Below, piece by piece: positions 35,237 to 54,725 of a stretch of 64,000 bases of DNA. Below the pieces are notes generated by a model that was not told the origin of the DNA, ran no database searches, and saw nothing but the letters and a program-made list of their open reading frames with translations. The stretch lies in the NCBI RefSeq assembly GCF_009914755.1, contig NC_060948.1; one strand, 5' to 3'. The stretch comes from the human T2T-CHM13v2.0 reference genome, Homo sapiens. Positions within the stretch are counted from its first letter, which is position 1. Every line of letters begins with the position of its first letter. The position numbers and the translations under genes were made by a program.

Positions 35237-37648
35237 GTAAGAGTCCTTTATTAATACTATCCTAACTGTTCTTTGCTTAACAGCATTTCAGGGTCTTTTA
35301 AGTATTACTAAACTTTTGAAGACAGCATAATGTCATATGATCTGAAATGCTTTAGCCATCCTCTTCTTTTTGCCATGTAAGTGCAAGTGTAGTTGGAAGG
35401 ATACTGGAATAAATGTTACACAAATTAATATATGGCAATCCTATTTGTATGTTAGTATTTTAATACAACTGTAAATAGATTTTCAAATCTTTCAAGCAGC
35501 TTTGAAACTTAGAAGGAACCCTCACAAAAATGAGACAAATCAGTCTGTATTTATTAAGTGCTATTAATGGAATTACTTCCAATTCATGGCAATACTTCAA
35601 TAGCATAGACAAACTATGGATATACAGCTCAACAAACTTACAAGATGCAAATCTTCTATAGAGAGACATCTGAACAGACTCACCAGAAGTAAAGATTCTT
35701 TCTCATTTTCTGAAAATACATTCTTGGGAAAGTATGTTTAAAACAAGATCTTTACATTGAAGGAAATGTTAAGTACTTGAAAACAGAAAATAATATGAGA
35801 AAGTTGAAGTTGGGTAACCGAACTGCTAACTGACATTTTTGCCCCATCTTTGCTCTTTTTCTCCTAAAATCGTTTTTATCCTGTCACCAGAGTGATTTAT
35901 ATAACATGAATACATAACTACTAATTTTCCCAGTGTGTTTGAGGACTTATTTTGTTCTAACCAGTGGTCTCTGTCTTATTGAATCTTAAATTCTTGGGAT
36001 TGTATGTTTATTACAGCTTTAAACTTTTGTGTAATTCTATTACCTACTGAATTCCTTTATATTGCCATCAAAATCATTGCATTCTGGACACTTTCAAGAT
36101 TTTTTGTTTTACAACATCACCCCAATCTGTTATTACTCCCCATTACTCTTTATGCTATCACAAATACGCTTTTTTGGACTTCTTGAGAGTTATTCTTCCT
36201 GGCGTATGTCTCACAAATAACAATTTATGCTTCACAAACAGCTTAGATTTTACATTTTCTTCTTCTCTGTATATTGTCAGTATTTTGTCCTCATTGTACC
36301 ACGTATTAATCTGTTGATTGTTAAATTGTCTTTAGTGCATATTTAAATTTTCCTAGTTGCTTTTGTTTCTGTTACATCTAGCACACTTCCTGGTACATAG
36401 CAGAAAGTACATTTTGGTTCACAGTTATATTTTCATATTTTAAGTTTTGGTAGAAACTGAAAATTACTTTTGGCTTTTGTAATGGTTTTGTAGGTATGGA
36501 AATAATTTTGACTTAGGTATAGTAATCTATGACAAATTCTTTTTACCCATAGTTTTCAAGCACAACAACAGGTTATTTCTATAGATATTATTTCTAAATT
36601 ACTTCATCTAACATATCTTATTGTCTAAGAATAAATAAAAATGTAATAATCACACAAAAATTAAAAAGTGAAATAAAGGAAGTACTTAGAGGTTTCAGAG
36701 GGAATGAACAGTTTAAGAAACTATGGCTGACTTCCGAATTGTGGGAAGGAAGCAGTCATGCGCAAATCTGGGGAACATATTTTGGTCCCAGAAATAACAA
36801 AAGAAGTCCCAAAGTTGAAACGACTGGCTATGTGACTGCAAGAGGTCTTGGAAAGGATTTAAGATCTTTCCCCAAATAACAAATCAATGTAATTTTTAAA
36901 TCCAATTTTTGCTGACATTTTTTCAAAAATCACCTTAGCCTATGGAAAAGGTTAAACTGAAGCAAGTTATTATGAAATTCATTAGTTCATTTAAGCATTT
37001 CTGAGAAATAACAGAAGTGTTCTATTAAAAGTCATTTATTAGGGACACTTTTAAGGCAAGATAAGAAATGAGTAAGGCAAAAAACATGAATGAAACCAAA
37101 CAAGTATCACATTTACAGAAACAGAATTAGAGTAAATATATAATTGTAAATCATATTAAGACATTTTATGTAAATGTTAGCAGAAGAAACAAGAAACAAT
37201 TCATAACGAATAATGTGGCTAATCACTTTGAATAAATAATCTTATTTTTTTAGATGACACATTATTACATATACCCGTGGGACACCAAAACAATTAAATA
37301 AGTGATGTGAATACAAATATGAAGTAGATTATATTTTGTAAAAAAGAGATGTGCTGCATTATCCCATAGAATGTGTGATGGGTTAATTTTTTTGAGGTGA
37401 TTTTTTAATACTGGAAAACTTTTCAAAGAATTTGAGTAATAGAATTTGTGTTTGATCCTTTAATGGAAAGCATGTGATCAGTAAATGTCTCAAATTTGGC
37501 ATTGAGAAAGACATGGTCATTTCAGGAGAAAAAGGTCTATTTGCTTTGGGAGAAAGCATCTAGAACTGAAATATAGTGGATGCAAAAATATTTGTAAAAT
37601 GTGGGTTAAATTTGACAATGTTATTGATAGGATACTTAATACTTTTAG

Positions 37649-37826
37649 TCTTTGAATGGAAAACCAATAAAAGTAAAGCAATTCAACAAATTATCTTTTC
37701 AAAGTGATGGTAGGTGGAGATCATCACCTTCTTGGAGCAACAGCAGCTCTTCAGGAAGTCTAAGATCTGCCAGAGGAGGTAGTAGAGGAACAAGCGGGTT
37801 GCATCCCTCATGTGAAGGACTCTTGG
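37649..37826 (+). pseudogene. RBMY: RBMY coding exon 3
   Basis: [24 protein letters not shown]...[23 protein letters not shown]; 178 nt; AG/GT. Confidence 0.92.
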
Positions 37827-39130
37827 GTCATGTTTTAAAATATAAGGATGGAACCATAGGACTGAAAGTCATTAAGTTGAAGATATCAAAATTTCTCAAT
37901 TTAATTTACTTCCTTTATGTTCAGGAAATTAACTTACTGATAATTAGCAAAATTATTTGTAAGTACTAAAGATGTATTATAAGAATGATTAAAATAATAT
38001 GAAAATTTCATTTTAAAATCTTAATTACTTTGCATTGAAATAACACACATTTAAAACCAAATTAAGTATTTTAATGTTGATTGTTTGTACTCAACAGGTT
38101 TTCTGTAGAATTCATTTACATTCATTACGCTTTAGAGTTTCTTACTTTTGGGCCTAGAACTTCGTATAAAATGTATTATCAAAATACAATAGAATCTTGA
38201 AAACCTTCCAACAAGAAATAAGTAAGTCATTATTTTAGGATTGGTCCTGCAATATTTATTATTTGTGTATACACATGTAAGTATCTATACAAATATATTC
38301 CTTTACCATTTTGATATGCATAATTTGCACATTGGCCTGCCATAAATCATTTTGCATTTAAGAAATCTATAACTTCAGCTTCTCAAGAGTCTGTGATTCA
38401 GGAAAAGTCTAAAAACCACTGCTTCACAAATATATTAGTATCTTTCTTTGCTGGAGGATGAGTCACTGAAAATGGTATTTATGGATGATTTACTCAATAG
38501 GAATGAGGGGTCAATTTTTACTTAAAAAATCCATGTATTAAAAAAACTGGTTCAATTATATTATCTATTAACCAACCTTCAAAAGTCTAATATTTAATTT
38601 CAGTTTTAATAACCAGATGTATAATTCATTGGATATGCTTTCTCAAGTTAAAATTGCAGTGTTTGCTCCATTTTAAGGTACATAGCTTCATAGTATTTTT
38701 TTTCTCAATTGATCTTGAGAGTGAAGATTAATACTACTCTGCCATGTAATGAAAATATGCATTTCCTTACCTGTGACACCACCAGGGCATTAGAATATAT
38801 CTACATTTTGTAGATATATGAAATTTTTTTTATTATTTAATGTGCAATTCTTAAAGATTAAAATTGAGTATAGGCTAAGCTAAAAATTAATATTTCATAA
38901 TGAATTTGTAAGAACTGTATCATTCTTTTACAGATAATGTATTTTTACATTTTACAGATAATGTATTTTTCTGAGATGTAATTTTTTGATTTTGTAAATA
39001 TTTGAGTTTCTTTGAATGGAATTTGTTGTACCCTTATGATATATTTTAAGCTTTCCTCATACCAGAATTTTATGTATCATTTTTCTCTTAATATATTTTT
39101 TCTTTATCTAGACTGTATTTGTATATTTAA

Positions 39131-39490
<360 letters not shown>

Positions 39491-39685
39491 ATACTCTAGG
39501 TTTTCTAAATGAACTTTTTTTGTTTGTATTGCACTAATGTGGTATAGAAATACTAAATTTTATTAGTTTAAACAAATGGGAATTTGTAAGATTATCATAT
39601 TTAGGAAATATTTATAAACAACTAAAACTTAGCCATTTAAGACACAGCAAGTTACTTAACTGAAAAGATTTTTTTTTAAACACAG

Positions 39686-40163
<478 letters not shown>

Positions 40164-40534
40164 GTAAATGCTACCTGATAGAAGACAGTTGTTTTTGTAT
40201 GACTAAAAATGAGCTATTTTAATTGGCTGCTTAACTTTTACTTTAAGAAACAAAATAGTAGTGACATACACATGGACATACTTACTGATTGAGAGCTTTT
40301 ATTTTATTTTATTTATTTATTTTTTTATTATTATAATTTAAGTTTTAGGGTACATGTGCACATTGTGCAGGTTAGTTACATACGTATACATGTGCCATGC
40401 TGGTGTGCTGCACCCACTAACTCGTCATCTAGCATTAGGTATATCTCCCAGTGCTATCCCTCACCCCTCCCCCCAGCCCACCACAGTCCCCAGAGTGTGA
40501 TGTTCCCCTTCCTGTGTCCATGTGATCTCATTGT

Positions 40535-44361
<3,827 letters not shown>

Positions 44362-44424
44362 TATGATGTTAGCTGGTTATTTTGCTCGTTAGTTGATGCA
44401 GTTTATTCCTAGTCTCGATGGTCA

Positions 44425-45442
44425 TTACATTTTGGCATGATTTTGCAGTGGCTGGTAACGGTTGTTCCTTTCTATGTTTAGTGCTTCCTTCAGGAGCTCT
44501 TTTAGGGCAGGCCTGGTGGTGACAAAATCTCTCAGCATTTGCTTGTCTGTAAAGTATTTTATTTCTCCTTCACTTATGAAGCTTAGTTTGGCTGAATATG
44601 AAATTCTGGGTTGAAAATTGTTTTCTTTAAGAATGTTGAATATTGGCCCCCACTCTCTTCTGGCTTGTAGGGTTTCTGCCGAGAGATCTGCTGTTAGTCT
44701 GATGGGCTTCCCTTTGAGGGTAACCCGACCTTTCTCTCTGGCTGCCCTTAACATTTTTTCCTTCATTTCAACTTTGGTGAATCTGACAATTACGTGTCTT
44801 GGAGTTGCTCTTCTCAAGGAGTATCTTTGTGGTGCTCTCTGTATTTCCTGAATCTGAATGTTGGCCTGCCTTGCTAGATTGGGGAAATTCTCCTGGATAA
44901 TATCCTGCAGAGTGTTTTCCAACTTGGTTCCATTCTCCCCATCACTTTCATGTACACCAATCAGACGTAGATTTGGTCTTTTCCACATAGTCCCATATTT
45001 CTTGGAGGCTTTGCTCGTTTCTTTTTATTCTTTTTTCTCTAAACTTTCCTTCTCGCTTCATTTCATTCATTTCATCTTCCATTCCTGATACCCTTTCTTC
45101 CACTTGATCACCTCGGCTCCTGAGGCTTCTGCATTCTTCACGTAGTTCTCGAGCCTTGGTTTTCAGCTCCATCAGCTCCTTTAAGCACTTCTCTGTATTG
45201 GTTATTCTAGTTATACATTCTTCTAAATTTTTTTCAAAGTTTTCAACTTCTTTGCCTTTGGTTTGAATGTCTTCCTGTAGCTCAGAGTAATTTGATCGTC
45301 TGAAGCCTTCTTCTCTCAGCTTGTCAAAGTCATTCTCCATCCAGCTTTGTTCCATTGCTGGTGAGGAGCTGCATTCCTTTGGAGGAGGAGAGGCGCTCTG
45401 ATTTTTAGAGTTTCCAGTTTTTCTATTCTGTTTTTTCCCCAT
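44425..45442 (-). pseudogene. L1 ORF1, one frameshift near 44985
   Basis: MGKKQNRKTGNSKNQ... (44948-45442) continues in another frame as KRPNLRLIGV...LQNHAKM (44425-44988). Confidence 0.95.
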
Positions 45443-46614
45443 CTTTGTGGTTTTATCTACTTTTGGTCTTTGATGATGGTGATGTACAGATGGGTTTTTG
45501 GTGTGGATGTCCTTTCTGTTTGTTAGTTTTCCTTCTAACAGACAGGACCCTCAGCTGCAGGTCTGTTGGAGTACCCTGCAGTGTGAGGTGTCAGTGTGCC
45601 CCTGCTGGAGGGTGCCTCCCAGTTAGGCTGCTCGGGGGTCAGGGGTCAGGGACCCACTTGAGGAGGCAGTCTGCCTCTTCTCAGATCTCCAGCTGGGTAC
45701 TGGGAGAACCACTGCTCTCTTCAAAGCTGTCAGACAGGGACATTTAAGTCTGCAGAGGTTACTGCTGTCTTTTTGTTTGTCTGTGCCCTGCCCCCAGAGG
45801 TGGAGCCTACAGATGCAGGCAGGCCTCCTTGAGCTGTGGTGGGCTCCACCCAGTTCGAGCTTCCTGGCTGCTTTGTTTACCTAAGCAAGCCTGGGCAATG
45901 GTGGGTGCCCCTCCCCCAGCCTCGCTGCTGCCTTGCAGTTTGATTTCAGACTGCTGTGCTAGTAATCAGCGAGACTCCGTGGGGTAGGACCCTCCGAGCC
46001 AGATGCGGGATATAATCTGGTGGTGCGCCGTTTTTTAAGCCCGTCGGAAAAGCACAGTATTCCGGTGGGAGTGACCCGATTCTCCAGGTACCGTCCGTCA
46101 CCCCTTTCTTTGATTAGGAAAGGGAACTCCCTGACCCCTTGTGCTTCCTGAGTGAGGCAATGCCTCACCCTGCTTCGGCTCGCGCTCGGTGCACACACCC
46201 ACTGACCTGCGCCCACTGTCTGGCACTCCCTAGCGAGATGAACCCGGTACCTCAGATGGAAATGCAGAAATCACCCGTCTTCTGCGTCGCTCATGCTGGG
46301 AGCTGTAGACTGGAGCTCTTCCTATTCGGCCATCTTCGATTGATAGCTTTTATTGTAGTTTATGTCTCACTAGGTTAATTTCAGATTCATGATGAGGAAA
46401 TACTTGAGCTCCTAATTGTAGATCAAAGAAGTTATTACACTGAGGCAAACATTAGTTTTCATCCTGTATTTGCTAGAGAATTCCTCTTTATTTTTCTTGA
46501 AGTTCCTGGTAGTTTTCTTTGATGTTAGTCTTCTTAGTCTAATGAATTATTCCATTACCTAGGTCCCTTGGTACTTGTCCCCCAGTGTGCCAATCTAAAA
46601 ATTGTTTGTTCAGT

Positions 46615-46910
46615 TTCTTTGTTGGGTTGGAGTCTTGTTCTCAGCAGGTCAGAGTGTGTTGGTGAGATGATAGCTCACTATGACCTCAAATTCCTGGTCT
46701 CAAGCAATTCTCGTGTTTCACCCTCCTGCATTGCTGTGCCTACAAGTGTGCACCACCACACATAGCTAAATTTGTTTTTCTTTTTTCTATATTTTTGTAG
46801 AGATAGGATCTCATTGCATTGTCATAGCTGATGTGAAACCTCTGGGCTCAAGCTGTCCAGCTGCCTCAGCCTTCCACGCCGGTTCACAGTGTGAGCCATT
46901 GCACCTGTCC
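46615..46910 (-). mobile_element. Old Alu (AluJ-type), intronic
   Basis: Degenerate Alu consensus. Confidence 0.8.
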
Positions 46911-48224
46911 ATCCAGGTTCTGAGACCTGAATGATACTTATGCGCATGGCATTCTTACTGGGTATGTGAAGATACTAAGAACTAAAAGAGCATTTTGTAG
47001 ATAAGCAATCACTGGGCTTAAATAAAATTTAATAATAATATTAATGCTTGAAAGGTACACTTGAAGGAGTCCAGCATTTTTAAGTTAAGAGCATGCCAAA
47101 AAAGTGCAGAGTTGTGAAATATATGGGGGTGTAAATTACTTATTAAGATTGTGCAGGGATGTTGAAACCTTAACACAAGATCCTTAGTGTAGGATTTGAA
47201 ATTATCTGAGGAGAGAATTTAGTTCTAAGCAGCATGAGGTGTGGACAGTAGGATCGAATAGAAGTAATGTTTTTGAGAAGGGTAAGTGTAAGATTTCAGA
47301 CTGAAGAGAAGAAAGCAAGACAATAAAGTAACAGTTCTTAGCAAAGAAATTCAAGCAGAACAAATTAAAATTCTTACCTAGCCCTCCATCATAACATGGA
47401 GGAAATTCAAAACTGCCATTTTCAATTTTACATTTCACATGTAGAGTATTTGTGAAGTTACGTATTGATTGATTTCAGAATACATATGCCAGCACATTTC
47501 CATTAGAAATCTAGCCAGTGAACACATGACAGGTGAAAGACTGACCTCTCCGAATTAGCATGTGAAGAGTATGTTAAAGGAGGAAGTTTTCTATTTTTGA
47601 AAGAGGTACAATGTTGTAATGACCCTTTTAAAAGTATTGCTAACTATAGTAAAAGTAAATATTGGCCATCACTAGGAGAGCTGCACTAGTAAACTTCAAT
47701 TTGTCAACATTTACAATAGAGCCAATTACTTAGAGATAAAGGAGCACTTTTATGTAAAAATTTAGCATACAGTCGTTCAAAGGTAGCAATATTTGTGTGT
47801 GTGTGGTGGATTGAACAACATGGGAAAATTTACCTTCTTCAGCTGAGAAGGGACAACGTATGTAAACTTTATATTCCTAAAGAGTTTGATGGTTTTACAT
47901 GTTTTCCCTGTGTCATTAGTAGTCATCAGTAATTCATACATATGAAAAGAAAAATAATAGCCAACTAGTTTTTAACAATTAAAAACGAACTTTTACCTAA
48001 GAATTAATGTTTGGCTTCAGCTTCATTAGAAGAACTGGTCTTGTGGAGCCATGGTAATATCCAAAGCCATAAGAAATATTTAAGTGTCATGAATGTCTAG
48101 TAATTTAGGGAAAGAAGAATAGAGTCATACAAGAAATAATTTTAAAAAGTTGTTTTACAGAAGAAAAAACAGTGTTTCAGATTTTGTGTCCTTTACATAA
48201 TATTTAATCATTTTAACATTAAAT

Positions 48225-48339
48225 ATCCCATGTCACTTGGATGAGAGAATTATGGAGGTCCTCCACACAGAGAGCCAGTCTCTTCCTGGAGAATTGACCT
48301 TGTGTCACCAAGAGATGAGGGTTATGCAACTAAGGATAG
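48225..48339 (+). pseudogene. RBMY: RBMY coding exon 5, acceptor lost and in-frame stop
   Basis: [36 protein letters not shown]; 115 nt; acceptor reads AT not AG; TGA 48242-48244; gtaaag donor. Confidence 0.88.
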
Positions 48340-48364
48340 GTAAAGGAAAAATGGAAAAATAGTT

Positions 48365-49130
48365 GACTTTTGTTGTGGTGATGAAATTCACATAACAAAA
48401 TTAAACATTTAAAGATAAATACTTAAGTGGCATTTAATACATTCTGTGTGGTGCAACAACTACGTCCATCTAGTTCTAAAACATTTTCATCACTCCAAAC
48501 TACAGCTCCACTACCAGTTAAGCAGTTCCTTTCATTTTCTCCCTTCTGTCAGCCACTAGCAAACAACAATCTGTTTTCTGTCTCTGAACTTACCTGTTCT
48601 GGACATTTCATGTTAATGGGCCCAAACATTACATGACTTTTTGTAACTGTCAGCTTTCATTTGCATGATGCCATGAAGGTTCATTTACATTGTAGCACTT
48701 CTCTCCTTACACAAGCTGTTAGCCCATTATTTTGTTTGGGTTGTTTCCACCACAGTATTTCTATATGCACATATTTGTTTGGGTACACTTATTCAATTCT
48801 TGATATATATGAGTGGAATTTCTTGGTCTTACGATAATTGTGTTTATTTTCTTGAGTAAGCACCACATTTCTCCATAGTAGCTGCATCATTTTCCATCCC
48901 AACTAGCATTGTATCAGGGATCCAAATTATCTACATCCTCTCAAACACTTGCTACTTCCTGCTTTTTAAAATCTATTTCCATTCCAGTATGTGTGAAGTA
49001 TGGTATCTCATTTTGGTTTTGAAATGCATTTTCTGAATAACTATTATGATTATTTGTTCCATGTGCTTTTTGAGCATTTACATATTTTATTTGGATAAAT
49101 ATCTATTCAAGCGTTTAACCCTTTATTTTG
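48365..49130 (-). mobile_element. Ancient L1MB-type 3' end, intronic
   Basis: aaattcacataacaaaattaaacattt...gtggcatttaatacattc...ttctggacatttcat L1M 3'UTR pattern. Confidence 0.75.
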
Positions 49131-49208
49131 TTTAAGTTGTAATTTAGTTACGTTTTGAATACTAGAAGTTGATAATTTAAAATGTGTTGCTTTAACTTAT
49201 GCAAGCAG

Positions 49209-49319
49209 AATTCATACAAGTTTCCGAGACACCAGGGATGATGCTCCACTGTGTAGAGATTATGGATACCATGATTCTGGTGGTTCTAGTAGGGATGAAC
49301 AGTCCTCTAGAGGAAATAG
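49209..49319 (+). pseudogene. RBMY: RBMY single SRGY-box exon (111 nt)
   Basis: IHTSFRDTRDDAPLCRDYGYHDSGGSSRDEQSSRGN; 37 codons; cag/gtact flanks. Confidence 0.92.
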
Positions 49320-49399
49320 GTACTATAATATTTTCTGGTTTTGTCAAAGAGATTTCTTAAGTTGCTCCTGCTGATATTAGCAAACTTTTTTAAATTTAG

Positions 49400-49488
49400 T
49401 GACTGTGATGGCTACAGAGTGGGCCATGGTAGAGATCATTCCGAAAGTCCAAGTGGAAGTTCTTACAGAGATGCATATCAGAGTTATG
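49400..49488 (+). pseudogene. RBMY: RBMY penultimate coding exon
   Basis: DCDGYRVGHGRDHSESPSGSSYRDAYQSY; 89 nt; tag/gtaagt flanks. Confidence 0.92.
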
Positions 49489-49902
49489 GTAAGTGTCCAG
49501 GTTTGATTTGTAAATTATAGTATTATATTTAATAGACCAGATCATTGCTTTAATAAAATTTTAAGGAAAATCTTAAAGGAAAAATATAACATGTTTAAAC
49601 ACTGAGAATTGCTAACAGTATAATGCATAGTGAATATGTAGGTGAGAACTTCAGTTCATTTTCAGAAAATGTGACTTAATTTTTATTTTAAAATAAACTT
49701 TCTTATGCTTCAAAATACAATTCTTATACTTCTTTTAAATAAAATCTTTTGACTATTTCGGGCATAATTAATATGCTGTCAACGGAGACAGAGGAAAGCA
49801 GACTTTTCCAAATAGTACTTTAACTGAGACACGCATTAGTGCTACCAATAGAAATGTTTAAATTTAGTTCACTGTAAGTTCCATATTTTATCAACCTTGC
49901 AG

Positions 49903-50204
49903 GGACCTCTCATGGTGCACCACCTGCACGAGAGCCTTGGATGAGTTATGGTGGAAATAGTTGCTCTGATTATAACAGTACATGAGATAGATATGGCAGA
50001 AGTCAGGAGAGTTACTCACGGAGCTGTGGTAATTTATATTCCTGTTTTCATGAGCACAATGGCAGGAAGGAATGAAGGAATCTACCTTTTCTGGATAGGG
50101 TGCACCCTTCTCCTCGTGAAGGATGTGGTAGCTCAAGTTATGGGGCACTTACAGGAAGTGGTGGGGCAAGCCAAGGTGAAAAAGGAGACTGAAGCAGATA
50201 TTAA
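49903..50204 (+). pseudogene. RBMY: RBMY last coding exon with three premature stops
   Basis: TSHGAPPAREPWMSYGG...EKGD*SRY*; TGA at 49983, 50073 and 50190; native TAA 50202-50204. Confidence 0.92.
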
Positions 50205-50228
50205 AGGAGATATTAAAAATAATAGTTA

Positions 50229-50372
50229 CCTTGGTACTCAGGAGGCTAAGGCAGGAGAATTGCTTGAACCCAGGAGACAGAGGTTGCAGTGAGCTAAGAT
50301 CTCGTCACTGCACTCCAGCCTGGGCAACAAAGCGAAACTGTCACACAAAATAAAAAGAGAAAAAGAAAAGAA
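50229..50372 (+). mobile_element. 5'-truncated Alu (right arm) in the RBMY 3'UTR
   Basis: tactcaggaggctaaggcaggagaattgcttgaaccc...; imperfect flanking repeat AATAGTTA/AATAGTAA. Confidence 0.9.
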
Positions 50373-51244
50373 AATAGTAATTGCATTCCAAAACTTGCTT
50401 GCAAATCAAAAATTAAAATGTTATTTCTACATCATTACATGAGTACCACTAAAAAAAATATGTTGATTTTGGGGGAGAGGTAGATCCTAACTTCCTCCAT
50501 GAATTTTTTGAAAGGTATTAAGATGAAAAGGAATTTTTTCATAGTAATTTCATAATTGTTAATCCTATTTGAAAACTATCTGTTTTGATGATATGGCTGT
50601 ATTAAAATTTTCAGAATAAAATTATACATGTAATGCATAATGCCTGATTTTATTGCCACACATGCTTAAAAGCAAATTTAATAGGAGATTAAATTGTGAT
50701 GTTTGTCAAAAATTTTCTTTTGTAGCTTTGAATATAAATAGATACAGAAATCGGCACAGATTACATCTCCCTTGCAAGCTGCACACATTTTCTAATTAGG
50801 CTGTGTTTCTCTTTAAAACTCTTTAAAAACTTACGAGCTTTAAAAGTTTGAGAGTCTTCAGAAAGACTGCAAAACTGTCTGCCTCACCATAAAATGTTTA
50901 TCATTCAAAGGAATCATGTAGGTCAAAGGAAATAATTAGATATCGTTGATACTAAAGTTTAAGACATCCAGAACATTCTTTTTGAAGCATTTTGTGACTG
51001 AAAGGGGTAATGGGGATGTAAATATTTTTTCCACCTAAATAAATACTGAACCAGCTATGTTTCATAAGTACATAGCTTAATGAAATTAGGTGTTCCTACT
51101 TTAAATAGTGGAAAATAAGTTCTTTTACATGGGAGGTACTCATGTTATTTCCTATAATATTTGACAATGGTTTTTGTTAAGAAATGGTTTAGCAATAACT
51201 TCTTACAAATAGAGATTATCTAGAAGGCTTGGGATTTTATCAGT

Positions 51245-51560
51245 TTTTTTTATTTTTATTTTATTACTTATTTATTTATTTATTTTTAAGACAGAGTCTA
51301 GGTTTGTCACCCAAGCTGGGGTGCATTAGCTGAATCTTGGCTCACTGTAACCACTACCTTCTGGGTTCAAGCTATTCTCCTGCCTCTGCATCCTGAGTAA
51401 CTGGGTTTACAGGTGTGTGCCACCACATTTGGCTAATATTTTTGTATTTCTACTACAGACAGCATTTCACCATGCTGGCCAGAGTGCTCTTAAAATCCTG
51501 ATTCACCCTCCTCGGCCTCCCAAAGTGCTAGGATTACAAGCCTGGGTCCCCAGGCTCAGA
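51245..51560 (-). mobile_element. Alu (AluS-type)
   Basis: Alu consensus with (TTTA)n tail. Confidence 0.88.
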
Positions 51561-52062
51561 CTACCAGATTTAAGTGAATATATGAATAGGAATGCTTTAA
51601 ATCTCATGGTTTTTGGAAAGTGAAGTGTATAAATGTAAAACAACATCATAAAGTTTCAGATAGGTGGTTGTTTAAAGGTTTAAGATATCATCTAATGATA
51701 AAAATGAAAAGGTTTGGACCCCAATAAGTAAACCAATTAATTTGCCTGATCATGTAACCTAAAAAAATGAAATATATGAAGATCCAGAGTTTTACAGTCC
51801 ATAATTCTTAAAATTAATAGAATAATCTGTAAAGGTGATGTATTTTTATGAGAAAATTTTGACAAGATCAAAATTTTTTATAGGGTAAGGTTGCAAATAA
51901 TTTTAAAGGGAGAAGTTACCAACTTCGATTTTCAAGTGAGTTATTTATGTTACGAAGTTGTGTTTTCATTCACCTATAATGTAGGATTGTGAGGATTAAG
52001 TGAAAGGATACAACTCACTAGTTATGTGTATCTTCACAGTAGCAACACAAGAAACAGTTTCT

Positions 52063-52373
52063 GTCCAGGCGTGATAGCTCAGTTTTTATATCCCAGCATT
52101 TTGTGTGGCTGAGGTGGGCATATCACCCCAACTCAGGAGTTTGATACCAGCCTGGGAAACATGGAGAAATCTTGTCTGTATAGACAAAACATTACTGGAT
52201 GTGGTAGTGCATCAACGTAATCCCCAATCCTTGGGGGCTGAGGCGGGAGGATTGCTTGAGCCCATGATGTCCAGGCTGCAGTGAGCCTGTTTTCTCCACT
52301 GCATTTCAGCCTGCATGACAAAGTGATACCCTGCCAAAAACAAAAACAAAAACAAAACAAAAAAAAGAAAAAA
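52063..52373 (+). mobile_element. Alu (AluJ-type)
   Basis: ggaggattgcttgagcccat...gctgcagtgagc; (CAAAA)n tail. Confidence 0.88.
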
Positions 52374-52634
52374 TGTGTCTATGATACTCTGTCCCTAAGC
52401 TTTTTTAACCCCAATTATCTCCATGAGGCATTCTGTCATAACGTTTAAAAGGTATGGGAAACAGGAGAGTAACCTATAAGATACAGTTTATCAACCTTGG
52501 AATAGGGATTCTGTTCAGCAAGTTAGAGTAAATGCCGAAAGACCTTTAAATAAAAAGAGCTAAAGCCTTATTGTGTCATTTTTCATAGGAATATAATGCT
52601 TTTGAATGAATAATAGGATTTTTAAATCATCTTT

Positions 52635-53300
<666 letters not shown>

Positions 53301-53754
53301 ATGGTGATGTGAGGATGGCAGTGATGATTTAATGAATTCTTTGGTTTGCAGTTTTTAATGCCTCCGGTGTTGGCATCAAATTTTAAGGGCATGAAGATAA
53401 TTTTTTAAATTGTTCAAATGTAGTCATCCACCTTCAGCTTACAAGGCTTGGGGACAACTGGGCAGTTTTAGTTTTCAGTGATGCTAAATCATGAAAGGGG
53501 ACACAGAGTTGAAATTTTAGTTTAGAGAGTTGTAGCTATATATTGGATAAAATCAGAATTGAAATTGTAGACTAATAAAATATGTAAGACAACTCACATG
53601 GGTGGTTTTAGTATTCCATTGAAACAAAATTCTTTCTGAAGTTACTTCTCTTGACTCTTGTTCACAAAATAAGTCTAGTCTGACTAGATTTATCATCATT
53701 TTTTACCTAAGTGCAGTAAGATCTGTCAGTGACCACAAAATTATACATATAACT

Positions 53755-54028
53755 TTTTAAATTAGAGACAGTGTCCAGTTCACTGCAGTCTCAACCTTAT
53801 GGGCTCAAGTGATCCTCCCACCTCAGCCTCCTAAGTAGCTGAGACCATAGACACAAGCCATCATGCTTGGCTGATTTTGTACGTTGTTTGTTTGTCTGTT
53901 TGTTTGATTTTGGAGATGGGGTTTTACCATGTTGCCTAGGCTAGTCTTGAACTTCTGGGCTCAAGTGATTCTCCCACCTCTGCCTCTGAATGTTCAGGGA
54001 TTACAGGTGTGAGCCACCATGCATGGCC
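53755..54028 (-). mobile_element. Alu (AluJ-type)
   Basis: gggctcaagtgatcctcccacctcagcctc. Confidence 0.85.
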
Positions 54029-54378
54029 ACAGAGGCCTTTCCAGTTTACTGTGTGAGAACTTTATATTATTAGTTTCAGATTATACTTTTTAAAGCCTCG
54101 AGACTAGAACCAAGCCAGGAACTTGCCACCAGGCTTCCCTTTCAGAACCTATACAGTTAGTTGAATTCCTTTCCTCTCAAAGTCCCCAAATATTGTGAGG
54201 TTCCAGAGCTTGCCCAGAAGTGACCTGTCTCTCACCTCTCTTAGGCTAGGAAGTCTAACCAATTACCAGGCTGGTTTTTCAAGAGTGCTGTATAAGTATT
54301 TTCTCCACAGTCAACTTTAGTTCTTAAAGCTGCTTGGTTATCCCTGATTTTATGCAAAACATTCTTAAATGTATTTGA

Positions 54379-54725
<347 letters not shown>

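Noticed and set aside
37652-37969. 105-aa ORF as a standalone gene
   Set aside because: An RBMY exon (37649-37826) read through into intron, with a TTG start
38927-38970. 24-bp tandem duplication tttacagataatgtatttttacat
   Set aside because: Ordinary slippage duplication in an intron with no functional indication
49948-50292. 114-aa ORF over the last RBMY exon
   Set aside because: Alternative frame running into an Alu; the RBMY-homologous frame has three stops
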